Source of the DNA: Octopus sinensis
Taxonomy: Eukaryota
DNA length: 64,000 nucleotides
Assembly: GCF_006345805.1 (NCBI RefSeq)
Contig: NC_043023.1
Coordinates: forward strand, 20,708,001 to 20,772,000
Direction: 5' to 3'
Positions 50,850 to 64,000 of the stretch are shown here, piece after piece. Position numbers and translations under genes: made by a program. The notes beneath the pieces are model-generated. The model saw only the letters and a list, made by a program, of their open reading frames with translations, ran no database searches and had not been told where the DNA came from. Position 1 is the stretch's first letter; each line of letters opens with the position of its first letter.

Positions 50850-53800
50850 ACTTTTATCGTATTGTTGTTTACATTTTCTGTCTCTACGGATGACCAGAAC
50901 CAACAGAATCGCCATGGTGAAATCCATAGCGGCGTGCGATAAGACTGGTCGCTGCTCTAAAATAGAACACTGCTCAGAAAATCACACCTGCCACATCTGT
51001 ACGGAACCCGAAAATACGTTCCGTAATCGCTGGGTCGAATGTGGGACATGTCTCATCTCTGTCTGCCTCCAATGTGCCACGGACTTTCAGAAGATCCCAG
51101 GCCAAAAAAAGAGCCATCATAATGCTATGATGGATAGACTCTGGAAGATGGTTCAGCTAAATCTTGGACTTTTCAGTGTCAGGCCTGCGTGCCTCCACAA
51201 CCGACGATTGTGTCTCCCCCTGCCACTCCCGTGGAGGAGGCGGAACACCAGCAGCAACAACAAAATCAACCACAACCAGAGCAGCAGCAACAACAAAATC
51301 AACCACAACCAGAGCAGCAGCAACATCAACAACAACAAAATCAACCACAACCAGAGCAACAGCAGCAACAACAACAACACCAATTGACCAGTGCGGTTCT
51401 TGCAGAACTGCAACAATCGATCTGTGCTTTAAAAGGGGAAGTAGCAGGAATAAAAGCAACCATTCAGGTTGGACTCCACAATGAGGGGTCTTATCGGAAT
51501 GCTCTGCTAAAGAACCTCCCTGTACCTGTACCTCTTGTCGCATTTAAGACCGCAGATTCTGCCACCCATGAAGTCATTGCCATTGGGGTACCAGAAGACA
51601 TGGCTGATCTTCAGGCTTTTGCTGCCAACTCAGCCAAAGACCTAGGCTGCGTTCCCCCAACGGGTGCTATCCGCCTTGGACGACCTGGCCCAAAACCTAG
51701 GCTCATCAAGTTGTCTTTTACGGACCCCACTGAGGCAACCTCTTACCATCTGGCCTCAGTTAAAGCTGGGCGGGAAAATCGGACCACCTTCCGAACATGC
51801 CCAGGCTTACCGTCCGATGTACGTCCGAAGCTACGTGTAGTGGCTTCCCTGAATAGGAACTCGGCTCTACAGGAAAGCTTCAGTCTTCGGGAAGATGGAC
51901 AAATCTGGAGATTTGTCAAGACTGCTGAAACGTGGAAGAGAGATACCAGCTGGTCTGAGTGCTCTCTACCCACAATAACTAAAAAGACTACAGCAACTCA
52001 GGGAAACTAACCAGAACACCTGCCATCCTCTACACACCATCATAACTGCGAGCAGGGTACAAATTGTTGTCCTTAAATGCTCGCAGTTTATGCAACAAAA
52101 TACATTTGTTCAACGCCTACGTCAGAAGTGTTGACCCTGACTTCATCACTGTCACGGAAACATGGGCGCATTCCTTACTCTGTGATGGGGTTTTCAACAT
52201 TACGGGGTACAACCTCTTCCGTAAGGACCGCACTAACTGCCGTGGTGGTGGTGTGATGGTCTACGTTCGTTCAAATGTTTTGGTAATTCCTTGTGCCGAT
52301 TTGAACGAATCACAAGAAGTTTTTTTCTGTGACGTGCGTATGACCATGTCAACACTCCTGCTTGGCGTTGTTTATCGTCCCCCAAGTTACCATCGGGACA
52401 CACAGCTTTGCAATGTCCTCCGAGCTGCTGCCAGGAAAACAGCCACTTATGTGTTTATTGCAGGCGATTTCAATCATCCTGAGATCGATTGGGAGACCTT
52501 CCATTGGCCACAGAGTGCAAACGATTTTGTTGAGCTTGTGCTGGACTCAAACTGGTCACAAGTAGTCACCTCTCCAACAAGAGGCGACAACACCTTGGAC
52601 CTGCTCTTCACCACAACTCCTGAAGCGGTTATCAATTGCACTACGGAGGAACCTCTAGGTGACTCTGATCATGCTATGATCATCGCCAATCTGGCTCTTG
52701 CGGGCAACAAAAACCTGAACCATCTCCAATCTGCTTCCTTCGATTGGAAGAGAGCAGATTGGAACCTGTACCACACTGAACTACAGCACCCAAACTGGCG
52801 TGAATTCTACAACTCTGGAGATGTGAATACTATACTCCAGAGTATCCTGGACTCAATATGGGCAGCATGTGCAGCATCAGTGCCACGTAAACAAAAAAGA
52901 AGAACCGCCCCAAAAGGGCAATTTGGGAAACTTCAGCGGTCCGACTTGCCAGGAGGGAACGTCGGACTGCTGAACGGGAATACAGGTTGCATAAATCAGA
53001 CACCAACAGGAAGAAGCGGAATAAATCCTCCAACCATCTCAAGCAAGTGACAAAAAAAGCAGTGCTTGAATTTGAACAGTGCATAGCAGCCAATCCTGAC
53101 AGCAAGGTTTTCTGGAAATATGTGCACTCAAAGCAGAGACCTCACTCTCCAGTGGGCCCTCTTCGCAACCCTCACACAAACCAGATCACTGACGACCCCA
53201 AGGAATGCGCAGAACTCATTGCCGAGTGCTATGCAAACATATTCACTGTTGAAAGTCAAAATGTACCATCTTCACCATCACTAACAGCAAACTCCATAAC
53301 AACTATGGAATTTACACCTGCAATGCTGCGACGTCACCTTCAAAAAAGCGCAACTATGCCTCCCCTGGTCTCGATGGAGTTACATACCTGCTTCTCAAAC
53401 GTGGCAGGCACTTCCTTTTACACCAGCTTTCTATTTTCTTCCAGTACTGTCTCAACAATGGTGCTACTCCGGAGCAGTGGAAAACTGCCAGTGTCATTCC
53501 TCTGTTCAAAAAGGGCGACCGCACATCACCTGTCAACTATCGCCCAGTCAGTCTCACTAGCTGTATTGCAAAACTGATGGAATCGTGTGTCAGAGAAACA
53601 CTCTGGAACTTCTGGAGCTCTCACAGTCTCATCCGACCCTCACAATATGGATTTGTCCCTAACTCCAGCTGCAGTGACCAGCTTGTCGAGTTCCTTGAGG
53701 ACATTACTCAGATTACTGACAGTGGCTCATGGGTGGATGTTGTCTACCTTGACTTTGCTAAGGCTTTCAACTCTGTGCCACACAAAAGGCTTATGGTGAA

Positions 53801-54870
53801 ACTCTCTGCAATGGGTGTGGGGATGACCTTTTTAACTGGTTGAAATCCTTCATCCTCAGCCGAAAGGAGGTAGTCACAGTTCTAGGACAGCACTCTACAC
53901 CATATGAGATGTCATCGGTGTACCACAGGGATCTGTCCTTGGTCCCCTCTTGTTTGTGGCATACATTAACGACATAGATGCCAATTTAAAGAATGCCACA
54001 GTATTGAAATATGCAGACGACATCAAGCTGTACCTTGAAATCAAGAGGACAGATCCTGATGTCTACAACTCTTTCCTGCAATCAGACCTAGACACAATGC
54101 AGCAATGGATCACAGACTGGCAACTGAAACTGGCTGTGGACAAGTGTACCACCATGCATTTTGGGAGAAAAAACCCTGCGTTCACTTACTCCCTCCACAA
54201 CACTGATATCAAGAAATCCTCTTGCGAGCGTGACCTAGGCATCACTGTCAGCAGTGATTTGCGTTGGTCAAAGCATATCTCTAAGATTGTCAGGAAGGCC
54301 GAGGGTGTCTTGGCATCACTCAGCAGGTCTTTTGTTAGCCGCTCTCCAGCCATCTATTTAAAACTGTATACAGCTATGGTACGACCACACTTGGAATTCG
54401 CATCATCAGTTTGGAACCCCTATCTTGCACAGAACATTGACCTCCTGGAATCTGTCCAGAGACGTGCAACCAAACGCATACCCTCCATCAGACACCTACC
54501 ATATTCTGAGCGCCTTGTTTCCCTGGGCATGGATTCACTGAAGCTCCGGCGTTTGGCGACGGACTTGGTAAACACCCCAAAGTTATCAACCACCTCACCA
54601 ACAACAACACTGAACACCTTTTTGATCTCCATGTGTCTAACACACGTGGACATGCCTACAAAGTCAGAAAACAACACAGCTCCCATGACTTTCGCAAACA
54701 TTTCTTCACGCTCAGAGTTGCTGAAGCATGGAATAAACTGCCTGCGTCAGTTGTTGACTGCCATGACACTGCATCTTTTAAGGCCCTCATGCTTTCCGAA
54801 ATCCGCCGAAACTACACCTGATTATATATACACTTTAGATGAGTTGTAGTGCACCTGAGCACTGTACACA

Positions 54871-54902
<32 letters not shown>
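50850..54902 (+). mobile_element. near full-length CR1-clade LINE (ORF1 with PHD-like finger and Gln-rich repeat; ORF2 APE + RT; (ATT)n tail)
   Basis: LNARS...ITVTETW, YRPP, GDFNHP, SDH endonuclease motifs; YLDFAKAF, PQGSVLGP, YADD; frameshifts; tail at 54873-54902. Confidence 0.92.
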
Positions 54903-54903
<1 letters not shown>

Positions 54904-56303
54904 AACGGTACACCAAGTTTTCAATTGTTATTCATCTCTTTTTCCTTTAAAAGACTACACTTTTATATAATCATTTTATTTCGTCATCAATTCTGCTGGT
55001 AATTCCAGAGAAAGTAGCAACATTTTCTAAATTTAAAGCAAATTATTACATAGACTATTGTTTCAAATACAATATATAAACATAACCTCTAAAAACATAT
55101 TTAAAATCTAATCTTTTAAGACTTCAGAGAATTTCTAAGTCTTGGAATGTCAGGATACAATTTATGAAGTTGAAATATTCAAACATTGCCGTAATTTTTA
55201 TAATCAATAAATATATTTGAAATTTAACAATTATATTAGTTTAAAATATATTAAAGATATGGTTTCTGTTGTTGAGGTTTAATTCTCGTCTTGTAATCCT
55301 ATGGACTAAGACGCTCTTGCCATGACTTGTCATTGTCTAACATGTTTAATTTACGCAGCAGTTTAGAAACTCCCCTGTTCGTTCGTAATAGAGTTTATAA
55401 TAATTCTAGACAATGTGATGGAATTCTCAGAACCCATCCATCTGATAAATAATGTTTAAGATTATGAGAAAATATATTTAATGCATTCCGCATTAAAATG
55501 CTAACATAGTATAACGATGTGGAGACCGAAATGTAAGCGGTCAACCACTTTTAAAATGTTTAAACAATTCATACTGTTTCCTACAAGATGTAAATATTAT
55601 TTAAATTACCAGAGCAGTTACATTTAGATGCAAAATAAAATGAATATTAAAACAGAAATCGTTTTAAAGAACGAAGGAAAGGATCAATTAAATGAGTCGT
55701 TAAAGAAATTTAGAATTTCACTTCAGAATTCACTGGAAACTACATAAAATAGTGTATAATTAGATGAATATCTTCATTCCTTTAATTTCCGGAATATAAA
55801 ACGATTTATCATAGAGCTATATTAAGGTTTCAAAAAGCTCTAATAAATATTTTGCTTTGTAACTGTGTTAGTATATTGTTAATTAGAGTAATTATGAAAT
55901 AATATTCACCAAATTGAAAGTGTTTCGAATTCAGGCTGAAGTTTTTCTGTCTCTTGAAAGCAGATAGGTTTTTGACTTCTGCAACGGTCGCTACTCAATT
56001 ATGAAATGCCAGGAAGAAGATTATAAACGTGTGGGTGTTACTTTGTCCTGTGCGTGTATCGTTGTTTAAACGTGTGTATGTGTAAGTATGAATGTTTTAC
56101 TGTCATGGTATATGATGTATGTGTGTATATATGCGTGTAGTGTGAATGTATGGTTGATTAAATGTATATGTGTGTATATTGTAGCGTGTGTTAGCGAGTA
56201 GACAGAGACTACCTGTCCCAAGTAACCACACCCTGAATAATATCTCTCATACAACTCCTATTCATTGCTACAGACTTTTTTCTCTTTCTCTCTCTCACAC
56301 ACA

Positions 56304-56338
<35 letters not shown>

Positions 56339-57229
56339 CGTCATCACCAACGTGGCCACCACAATCAGTCCGCCCATTTCCATACAAATATTTTATCTTC
56401 GTAAACAAATCTTTTTTTTCTATTTTTTATACATTAAAAGCTCAAACCTTAACACTTAAATTCATACATACACAAACACATACATACGTACATACATACA
56501 TACTTACTTAGATACATACATACTTACATATATACATACATACATACATACATTCATAAATACATACATACACACATACATACATACATACATATATACA
56601 AACATATATACATACATACGAACATACATACACACATACATACATACTTACATACATACATACTTACATACATACTTACATACATACATACATGCATGCA
56701 TGCATATATACATACATACATACGTACATCCATCCATCCATCCATCCATACATACATACATACATACATATATACATATATACATACATACTTACGTACG
56801 TACATCCATCCATCCATCCATACATACATACCTACATACATATATACATACATACATATATACATTCATACATACTTACATACGTGCATACATACATACC
56901 TACATATATACATATATACATACATACATACATTCTGTGGATGTGTGGTAAGAAGCTTGCTTCCCAACCCCAGGATTCCGTGTTCCATCCCTGGAATCTT
57001 GGGCAAGTGACTTCTACTATAGACTCGGGCCGAACAAAGGCTTGTGCGTTGATTTGATAAACGAAATCGGAAAGAAACCCGTCGTATACACACGCACACA
57101 CACACATATGTATATACGGATCGATTGATATGTGCGTAGTTGTTTACTTGCATGTAAAAATGTCTGACCTGATTTTTGACTAAGCCTGCAGTCGTTAATG
57201 TTAAGTCAAGTGCGACTTAGTCGCAACAT

Positions 57230-57288
<59 letters not shown>

Positions 57289-57364
57289 TCACACAACACA
57301 CCATCACAGGTAAACACGCAGGTGACTCAGACCAACAATTACTGCTATATCGTGCCCACCCGAA

Positions 57365-57760
57365 GGTGGCGAACTAGTAGAAACGTTAGCGCGCCGGACG
57401 AAATGCGTAGCCGTATTTCATCCGCCGCTAACTGCTGAGTTCCAATTCGGCCGAGGTCGACTTTGCCTTTCATCCTTTCGGGATCGATAAATTAAGTACC
57501 AGTTACGCACTGGGGTCGATGTAATCGACTTAATACGTTTGTCTGTCCTTGTTTGTCCCCTCTATGTTTAGCCCTTTGTGAGTAATAAAGAAACAGGTAT
57601 TTCGCCCGTCGATACGTTATGAGTTCAAATTCAGCCGTGGTCGACTTTGCCTTTCATCATTTCGGGGACGATCAATTAAGTACCAGTAAAAGACTGAAGG
57701 TCGATGTATTCGACTTGTCCCACGCCCAAATTTCACTTCTGGTGCCTATTGTAGAACAAT
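57365..57760 (+). mobile_element. SINE family A
   Basis: head + about 1.5 bodies. Confidence 0.72.
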
Positions 57761-58018
57761 ATATCTTGATTAGCCAATATCTTGTTACCAAAATCCATGG
57801 CTTTTTCCAGAGAATATCCATGTCTCTGTTCGAATTCTGCCAAAGCTAACATTCACTTTTAACGTTTTAGTGTCAATAAAATAAGAAGCAGGTTCATATC
57901 GGGGTCGAAGTAATAAACTAGCAAACTCCCACAACAGTTCAGGCCCCATGTATCTATGGCTTTTTTTCACTTTCTCTATTTCTCACTCACTCTTTAAATA
58001 TATATATATGTATGTATG

Positions 58019-58061
<43 letters not shown>

Positions 58062-58117
58062 ATATTATTGGTGAATTGAAGAAATGGAGCTGAATGAAGA
58101 TTGCACAGAAATCGTTT

Positions 58118-58210
58118 TATTTCATTCTACACGTGTTTCGAAAGGCACAATTTACCAAAATCCGATTGAATAATGAGACCATATTGTGTCTTTCTCTTCA
58201 GGAAGAAATA
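58118..58210 (-). ncRNA. type I hammerhead ribozyme motif (left arm, intact core)
   Basis: tatttcttc-CTGAAGA-GAAAG-acacaa...ttgtg-c-CTTTC-GAAA-C-ACGT-GTA-gaatgaaata; palindromic ACGT loop. Confidence 0.72.
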
Positions 58211-58376
58211 GGAAATCCGTTGGAAAAAACAAAAACAGAACAGAGGCGGAGCAAAACAAATCGAACGAGGAGGCTCCTAAGAGCCCATGGCAAAAGTTTT
58301 GCCATGGGCTCTAGGAGCCTCGTTCGATTTGTTTTGCTCCGCCTCTGTTCTGTTTTGTTTTTTCCAACGGATTTCC

Positions 58377-58468
58377 TATTTCTTCCTGAAAAGAAAGACA
58401 CAATATGGTCTCATTATTCAATCGGATTTTGGTAAATTGTGCTTTCGAAACACGTGTAGAATGAAATA
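58377..58468 (+). ncRNA. hammerhead motif (right arm) with core change CTGAAAA (G8->A), probably inactive
   Basis: mirror of 58118-58210 except that 58386-58392 reads CTGAAAA. Confidence 0.55.
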
Positions 58469-59021
58469 AAACGATTTCTGTGCAATCTTCGTTCAGCTCC
58501 ATTTCTTCAATTCACCAATAATATTTTAATTTCAATTATCCGCACCAACGCACGGTTGCAACACCATATGGTTGTACCTCCAACCGTGCTGTCTTCTGCT
58601 GTGATTTTTGCTACCAAGGTATCGGTTAAACTTTTGATTAATCTGCTACAAGATTATTCATCTTTCTATTTCACATAATATATATTTGTATATATATATT
58701 TAAAATTTATAAGTTTAAATTATTTAAATAATTTAATTTTATCTTTTATATTTTAAATTAATTTTTATGTATTGGCTTATGTTTTTCACTGTTTGATTTG
58801 CCTAACAGTGGTTGTATCTCTAATTAATATAATATAATATAATATATTATACTATAAATGGATTTAATCCTAAATCTAATTTTTCCCTGTAAGTTTGGAT
58901 TTATCCCTAATATTATATATATATAATTATATTCCCTAATATTATATATATATATATATATTATATAATATTTATATATATATTATAATATATATATATA
59001 ATATATATATATAATTATATA

Positions 59022-59059
<38 letters not shown>

Positions 59060-59060
<1 letters not shown>

Positions 59061-61900
59061 ATGCCAAAACCTTCCCAGGCGAAGAATGTACTCCCCAACA
59101 TAGATTAGTAGTTAGCGACTTCAGGATCAGAGCTAAATGGTTGCCCAGAAGAAGACCAGCTTGGAGGAGAAGGGTCTGGAAGCTTAAAGATCCTGCAAAT
59201 GGACAGAGATTTAGAGACATTACTACTCGAAGCCTCTGACGAAATAGAAGGGGATATAGCTTCACTTAATGTGGAAGACAACTGGAGATTCCTACGGGAC
59301 AATCTGCTGACAGCCACTGACCAGATCTGTGGATGGAGCAAAGTACCATCTCGACCTAGAGTAACATGGTGGTGGAACACTGTGGTTGACAGGGCTATTA
59401 GACAAAAGAGACAGGCTTGGAAGGACTGGAAGAACGGTGGTAGCAGGGAATTGTATCAGACAGCCAAAAGGGAAGCTAGGAGACAGGTTTATTTAGCCAG
59501 AGGGGAAGCGGATAAGAAAAAATTTGCCAATGTTCTGAGCCGTGAGGATGAAAGACTTGAGGTATATTCGTGTTGCAAGACAGTGTGTGAGAGAGAATCG
59601 TGATGTGGTAGGAGAGAAGTGTGTTCGCATGGATGATGGTTCACTTGCGCTAAATGAGGATGCAAAGAGAGAGGTTTGGAGATGCCACTATGAAAGGTTG
59701 CTGAATAAAGAAAATGAATGGGATAAAGAGAGTCTGCCGAATGTTGACCCAACAGAGGGACCAGCTATCCGAGTTGATAGTTCCGTGGTAGCTAAGGCAA
59801 TTAGAAGCATGAAGACAGGGAAGCCCCAGGCCCATCAGGAATTACTGCAGAGATGCTCAAAATATCTGGCAGTGTCGGCTATAACCTAGTCACCCGTATA
59901 GTCAACCAGGTGATACACGAAGGAGTCATACCCAATGACTGGTGTAGCAGCATACTAGTCAACTGCTACAAAGGTAAAGGTGATGCCCTGGATACAAATA
60001 ATTACAGAGGTATCAAGCTGTTGGATCAGGTAATGAAGGTTACGGAGAGGGTCATAGCCCAACTAATTAGAGAGAGAGTTAGTTTAGATGAGATGCAGTT
60101 TGGGTTTGTCCCAGGGAAAAGCACCACTGATGCTATATTCCTGGTAAGGCAGCTGCAGGAGAAATACCTAGCCAAAGATAAGCCTCTGTACCTGGCTTTC
60201 GTTGACATGGAGAAAGCCTTTGATAGGGTCCCCCGATCCCTCATCTGGTGGTCATGAGGAAACTAGGGATAGATGAATGGTGGTGAGGGCTGTGCAAGCC
60301 ATGTACAGAGATGCCGTAAGTAAGGTTAGAGTTGGCAGCATGTACACAGAAGAATTCAAGGTAGAGGTTGGGGTCCACCAGGGTTCAGTACTCAGCCCCC
60401 TCCTATTTATCATAGTCCTCCAGGCAATTGTGGAGGAATTCAAGACAGGTTGCCCCTGGGAGCTCCTCTATGCTGACGACCTCGCTCTAATCGCTGAGTC
60501 ACTATCAGAACTGGAGGAGAAGTTCCAGGTGTGGAAGGAGGGTTTAGAATCGAGGGGCCTTAGAGTCAACCTAGCTAAAACCAAAGTACTAATAAGTAGA
60601 AAGTTAGAAAATCGCACAAATATCCTCAGGAAGATGGCCCTGCTCGATCTGTAGAAAAGGTGTAGGTAGAAACTCTATAAGATGTACCCAGTGTAAGCTA
60701 TGGACACATAAGAGGTGCAGCAATGTCAAAGGTAGGCTAACTGGGAAGATAGTTTTTTGTATGTGGCAGATGCTCTGGAGCATTGACCTCCGAAAATCTG
60801 CAGAAAACAACTTCCGTCACTTTCCGAGGAGAAAAACTAGAAGTAGTTGATAGCTTCCGCTATCTAGGTGACCAAGTCAGTAGTGGGGGCGGGTGCGCTG
60901 AAAGTGTAACTGCTAGAATAAGAATAGCCTGGGCAAAGTTTAGGGAGCTCTTACCTCTGCTGGTGACTAAAGGCCTCTCGCTCAGAGTAAAGGGCAGACT
61001 GTATGATGCATGTGTACGAACAGCTATGCTACATAGCAGTGAAACATGGGCCGTGACTGCTGAGGACATGCGCAAGCTCGTGAGGAACGAAGCCAGTATG
61101 CTCCGATGGATGTGTAATGTCAGTACTTACTCGACAGAGCGTTAGTACCTTGAGAGAAATGTTGTACCTAAGAAGCATCAGTTGTTGTGTGCAAGAGAGA
61201 CGATTGCGCTGGTATGGTCATGTGGCGAGAATGGATGAAGATAGGTGTGTGAGAAAGTGCCAATCCCTAGCAGTTGAGGGAACCCGTGGAAGAGGTAGAC
61301 CCAGGAAAACCTGGGACGAAGTGGTGAAGCACGACCTTTGGACGTTAGGTCTCACCATGGAAATGACTAGAGACCGAGACCTATGGAAGTATGCTGTGCG
61401 TGAGAAGACCCGGCAAGACTAGTGAAGCCATAATCCGTGGCCCCTACCTGGGACGTAGTCAGTCCACCTGTGCATACCTTCCTTCTTGTGACACTTGTGA
61501 AGACCTGTTGAGGCAAGTGAGAATCGAATCGAATCAAATCAAAATAGATGAACATCAATGGAATTTGTATCCTTGTGGTACCAGTGCCGGTGGCACATAA
61601 GAAAACCATCCGAACGTGATCGTAGCCAGTACCGCAACGACTGGCCTCCGTGCTGAGGGCACGTAACAAACACCATCCGAGCGTGGCCGTCTGCCCGCCT
61701 CGTCTGGCACCTGTGTCGGTGGCACATAAAATCACCCACTACACTCTCGGAGTGGTTGGCATTAGGAAGGGCATCCAGCTGTAGAAACACTGCCAGATCT
61801 GACTGGCCTGGTGCAGCCTTCGGGCTTGCCAGACCCCAGTTGAACCGTCCAACCCATGCTAGCATGGAAAGCGGACGTTAAACGATGATGATGATGATGA
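59060..61900 (+). mobile_element. RTE-clade LINE, 5'-truncated, with 3' UTR and (GAT)n tail
   Basis: end of APE (QHRLVVSDF), NYRGIKLL, FVDMEKAFDRV, HQGSVLSP, LYADD, GRPRKTW; multiple single-base frameshifts. Confidence 0.92.
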
Positions 61901-61918
61901 TATATATTATTATACATT

Positions 61919-61976
<58 letters not shown>

Positions 61977-62367
61977 CACACACACACACACACACGTATT
62001 GGATATGTGGTAAGTAGCTATCTAACCAATCACATGCTTTCGGGTTCAGCATGGCAGCGCAGGCAAGTGTCTTCTAGTATATCCTCAGTCCGAATAGAGC
62101 TTTTTGAGCGGATATGGTAGACGGAAACTGAAAGAGGCCGGTCGTATATTTATGTATGTATATGTTTGTGTGTCTGAGCTTGTGCCCCCACCATCGCTTA
62201 ACAACCGATGTTGGTGCGTTTACGTCTCCATAATATAGCGGTCCCGCAAAGAAAAAATACATGTATATATATACACACACACATATATATATATATATAT
62301 CTTTGACTGCTATTTCTAAATTCGGTATGTGGTAAGGCAATTCGTTGCTAAACCCTTTATTGCTTAG

Positions 62368-62448
<81 letters not shown>

Positions 62449-62519
62449 CATACATACATACATACATATTATAATATACATGTATATATATACATATATA
62501 TATACATATATATATAAAT

Positions 62520-62568
<49 letters not shown>

Positions 62569-62726
62569 AGTTAGTTAATTTTTTGGCTCAAAAAGCAAGA
62601 AGCAAGGCCATGTAGGGGGACATGGAGTTATGTACAGGGTGGTGTTCATGTAAAGATTTGATATGTATATATGTATGTATGCATGTATATATGTGTGTAT
62701 GTATATATATGTGTAATGTATGTATG

Positions 62727-62779
<53 letters not shown>

Positions 62780-62787
<8 letters not shown>

Positions 62788-63499
62788 AAATCTGAGAATG
62801 TGTGTCTGCTTGTCTGTCTGTCTGTGTGCTTCCCTAAAACTTGAGAACTACACAACCAATTTCATTCAAATTTTACACATGACTTACTTACGGTCCATGT
62901 AGTTTCATGGGCAAAAATAATGTTCAACTTCTTGCCTAGAGCGAGCCCATAGCAATATCATATCTTCTCCACTATTTCAGTATTACATGTTAAAAGTGAA
63001 ACGAAAATATTTCTCTATTTTATGTCAGATGCTTTCACTTTAACAACAAAAATAATAATTACACCTGAATTAAATGTAGTAAGTAATAATTAAAATCAAG
63101 CTAAAGTATAATATAAGTAAAAGTAGCAAATGGTATAAAATTGCATCAATGATTTGAACTTGAATAAGTGGTTTCACATGAACGGAAATTAAATTAGAAG
63201 TATAATTAGCGTGCAGAAATGGAATAGTCCAGATGGATAATAAAAAATTAAATTAAAGAAAAGACTATTGTCTATAAAGTATACAATGTAGAGAAAAAAG
63301 TAGAGCTAACAATTTCAGTCTGTTATATATTTTGAGTATTGTTATCACTAGCGATATCAAGATATAACTTTGTAGTTTGCATTTTATGTGTAGATGTATA
63401 TATATATAGAGATGTACATGTAATATGTACACACATATATATACACACATATACATGCACTAGCATTATGACCCGGAAACGACGGGTCTTTAATGTTAG

Positions 63500-63501
<2 letters not shown>
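62780..63501 (+). mobile_element. Helitron-like element or composite
   Basis: (gtct)n-like 5' region; terminal gacccg/cgggtc hairpin followed by TTAG|T. Confidence 0.4.
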
Positions 63502-63543
<42 letters not shown>

Positions 63544-63590
63544 CGTGTGTGTGTGTGTGTGTGCATGTATATATATATATACATTAATAC

Positions 63591-63621
<31 letters not shown>

Positions 63622-63627
63622 TACGTG

Positions 63628-63666
<39 letters not shown>

Positions 63667-64000
63667 GTGTGTGTGTGTATGTATATTAAGCTATCTTAAG
63701 GACTGTGTAAGGAAATCACATGGAGTGTCAGTTGGAATTGATCCAAAAGACATAGAAACCCTTGCTTCATACCGAGTTGAATGGCAAACAAAATTGTAGT
63801 GAGGGTTTTGAAGAAGGCAGGATGACTCAATCAAAACTGAAAACAAAATTAAAGAAAAATGTTATTATCAACGAGAAAATGAATCTCAACAATTTCTTTT
63901 GTGTCTGAGCATATTTTCTGAAAATTCTATTTCTAGACCATATCTCGTTTGCGAAACCATACGAAATGAACCTCCACCAACTACTCTGACTCTATGTCTG

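Larger units (their letters stand above)
58062..58524. mobile_element. foldback element with a hammerhead motif in each arm
   Basis: palindrome centred at 58296 (caaaa-g-ttttg); left flank is (TA)n. Confidence 0.85.

Noticed and set aside
56337-56390. Cluster of ACGTCA and CCGCCC motifs resembling a promoter
   Set aside because: Short motifs between microsatellites with no adjacent exon or other support

Overview
Repeat-rich animal genomic DNA. The SINE families, the RTE, CR1, R4 and mariner content and the dense microsatellites point to an octopus; this is an inference. The + strand carries the 3' two-thirds of a KDM5 (JARID1/lid) H3K4 demethylase gene. I could chain 15 coding exons from 501 to 39644 by GT-AG sites and phase (about 1,059 aa: end of the JmjC/helical region, C5HC2 finger, PLU-1, PHD2, basic tail, start of PHD3). 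One exon has a +1 frameshift in an A-run, and the terminal PHD3 exon was not found in the window. Introns and downstream DNA hold SINEs, RTE/CR1/L1/R4-Dong LINE pieces, a mariner relic, Helitron/piggyBac/hAT-like non-autonomous elements, tandem arrays, a histone H3 fragment and a 100-N gap. The most striking unexplained structure is a set of (TA)n-associated foldback elements whose arms contain type I hammerhead-ribozyme folds (CUGANGA...GAAA...NUH with pairing stems I-III). There are six loci: two full palindromes and one stand-alone motif with clean folds, one variant and two degenerate. In every palindrome the antisense arm lies upstream of the sense ribozyme on either strand. All folds were read by eye; none was computed or tested.
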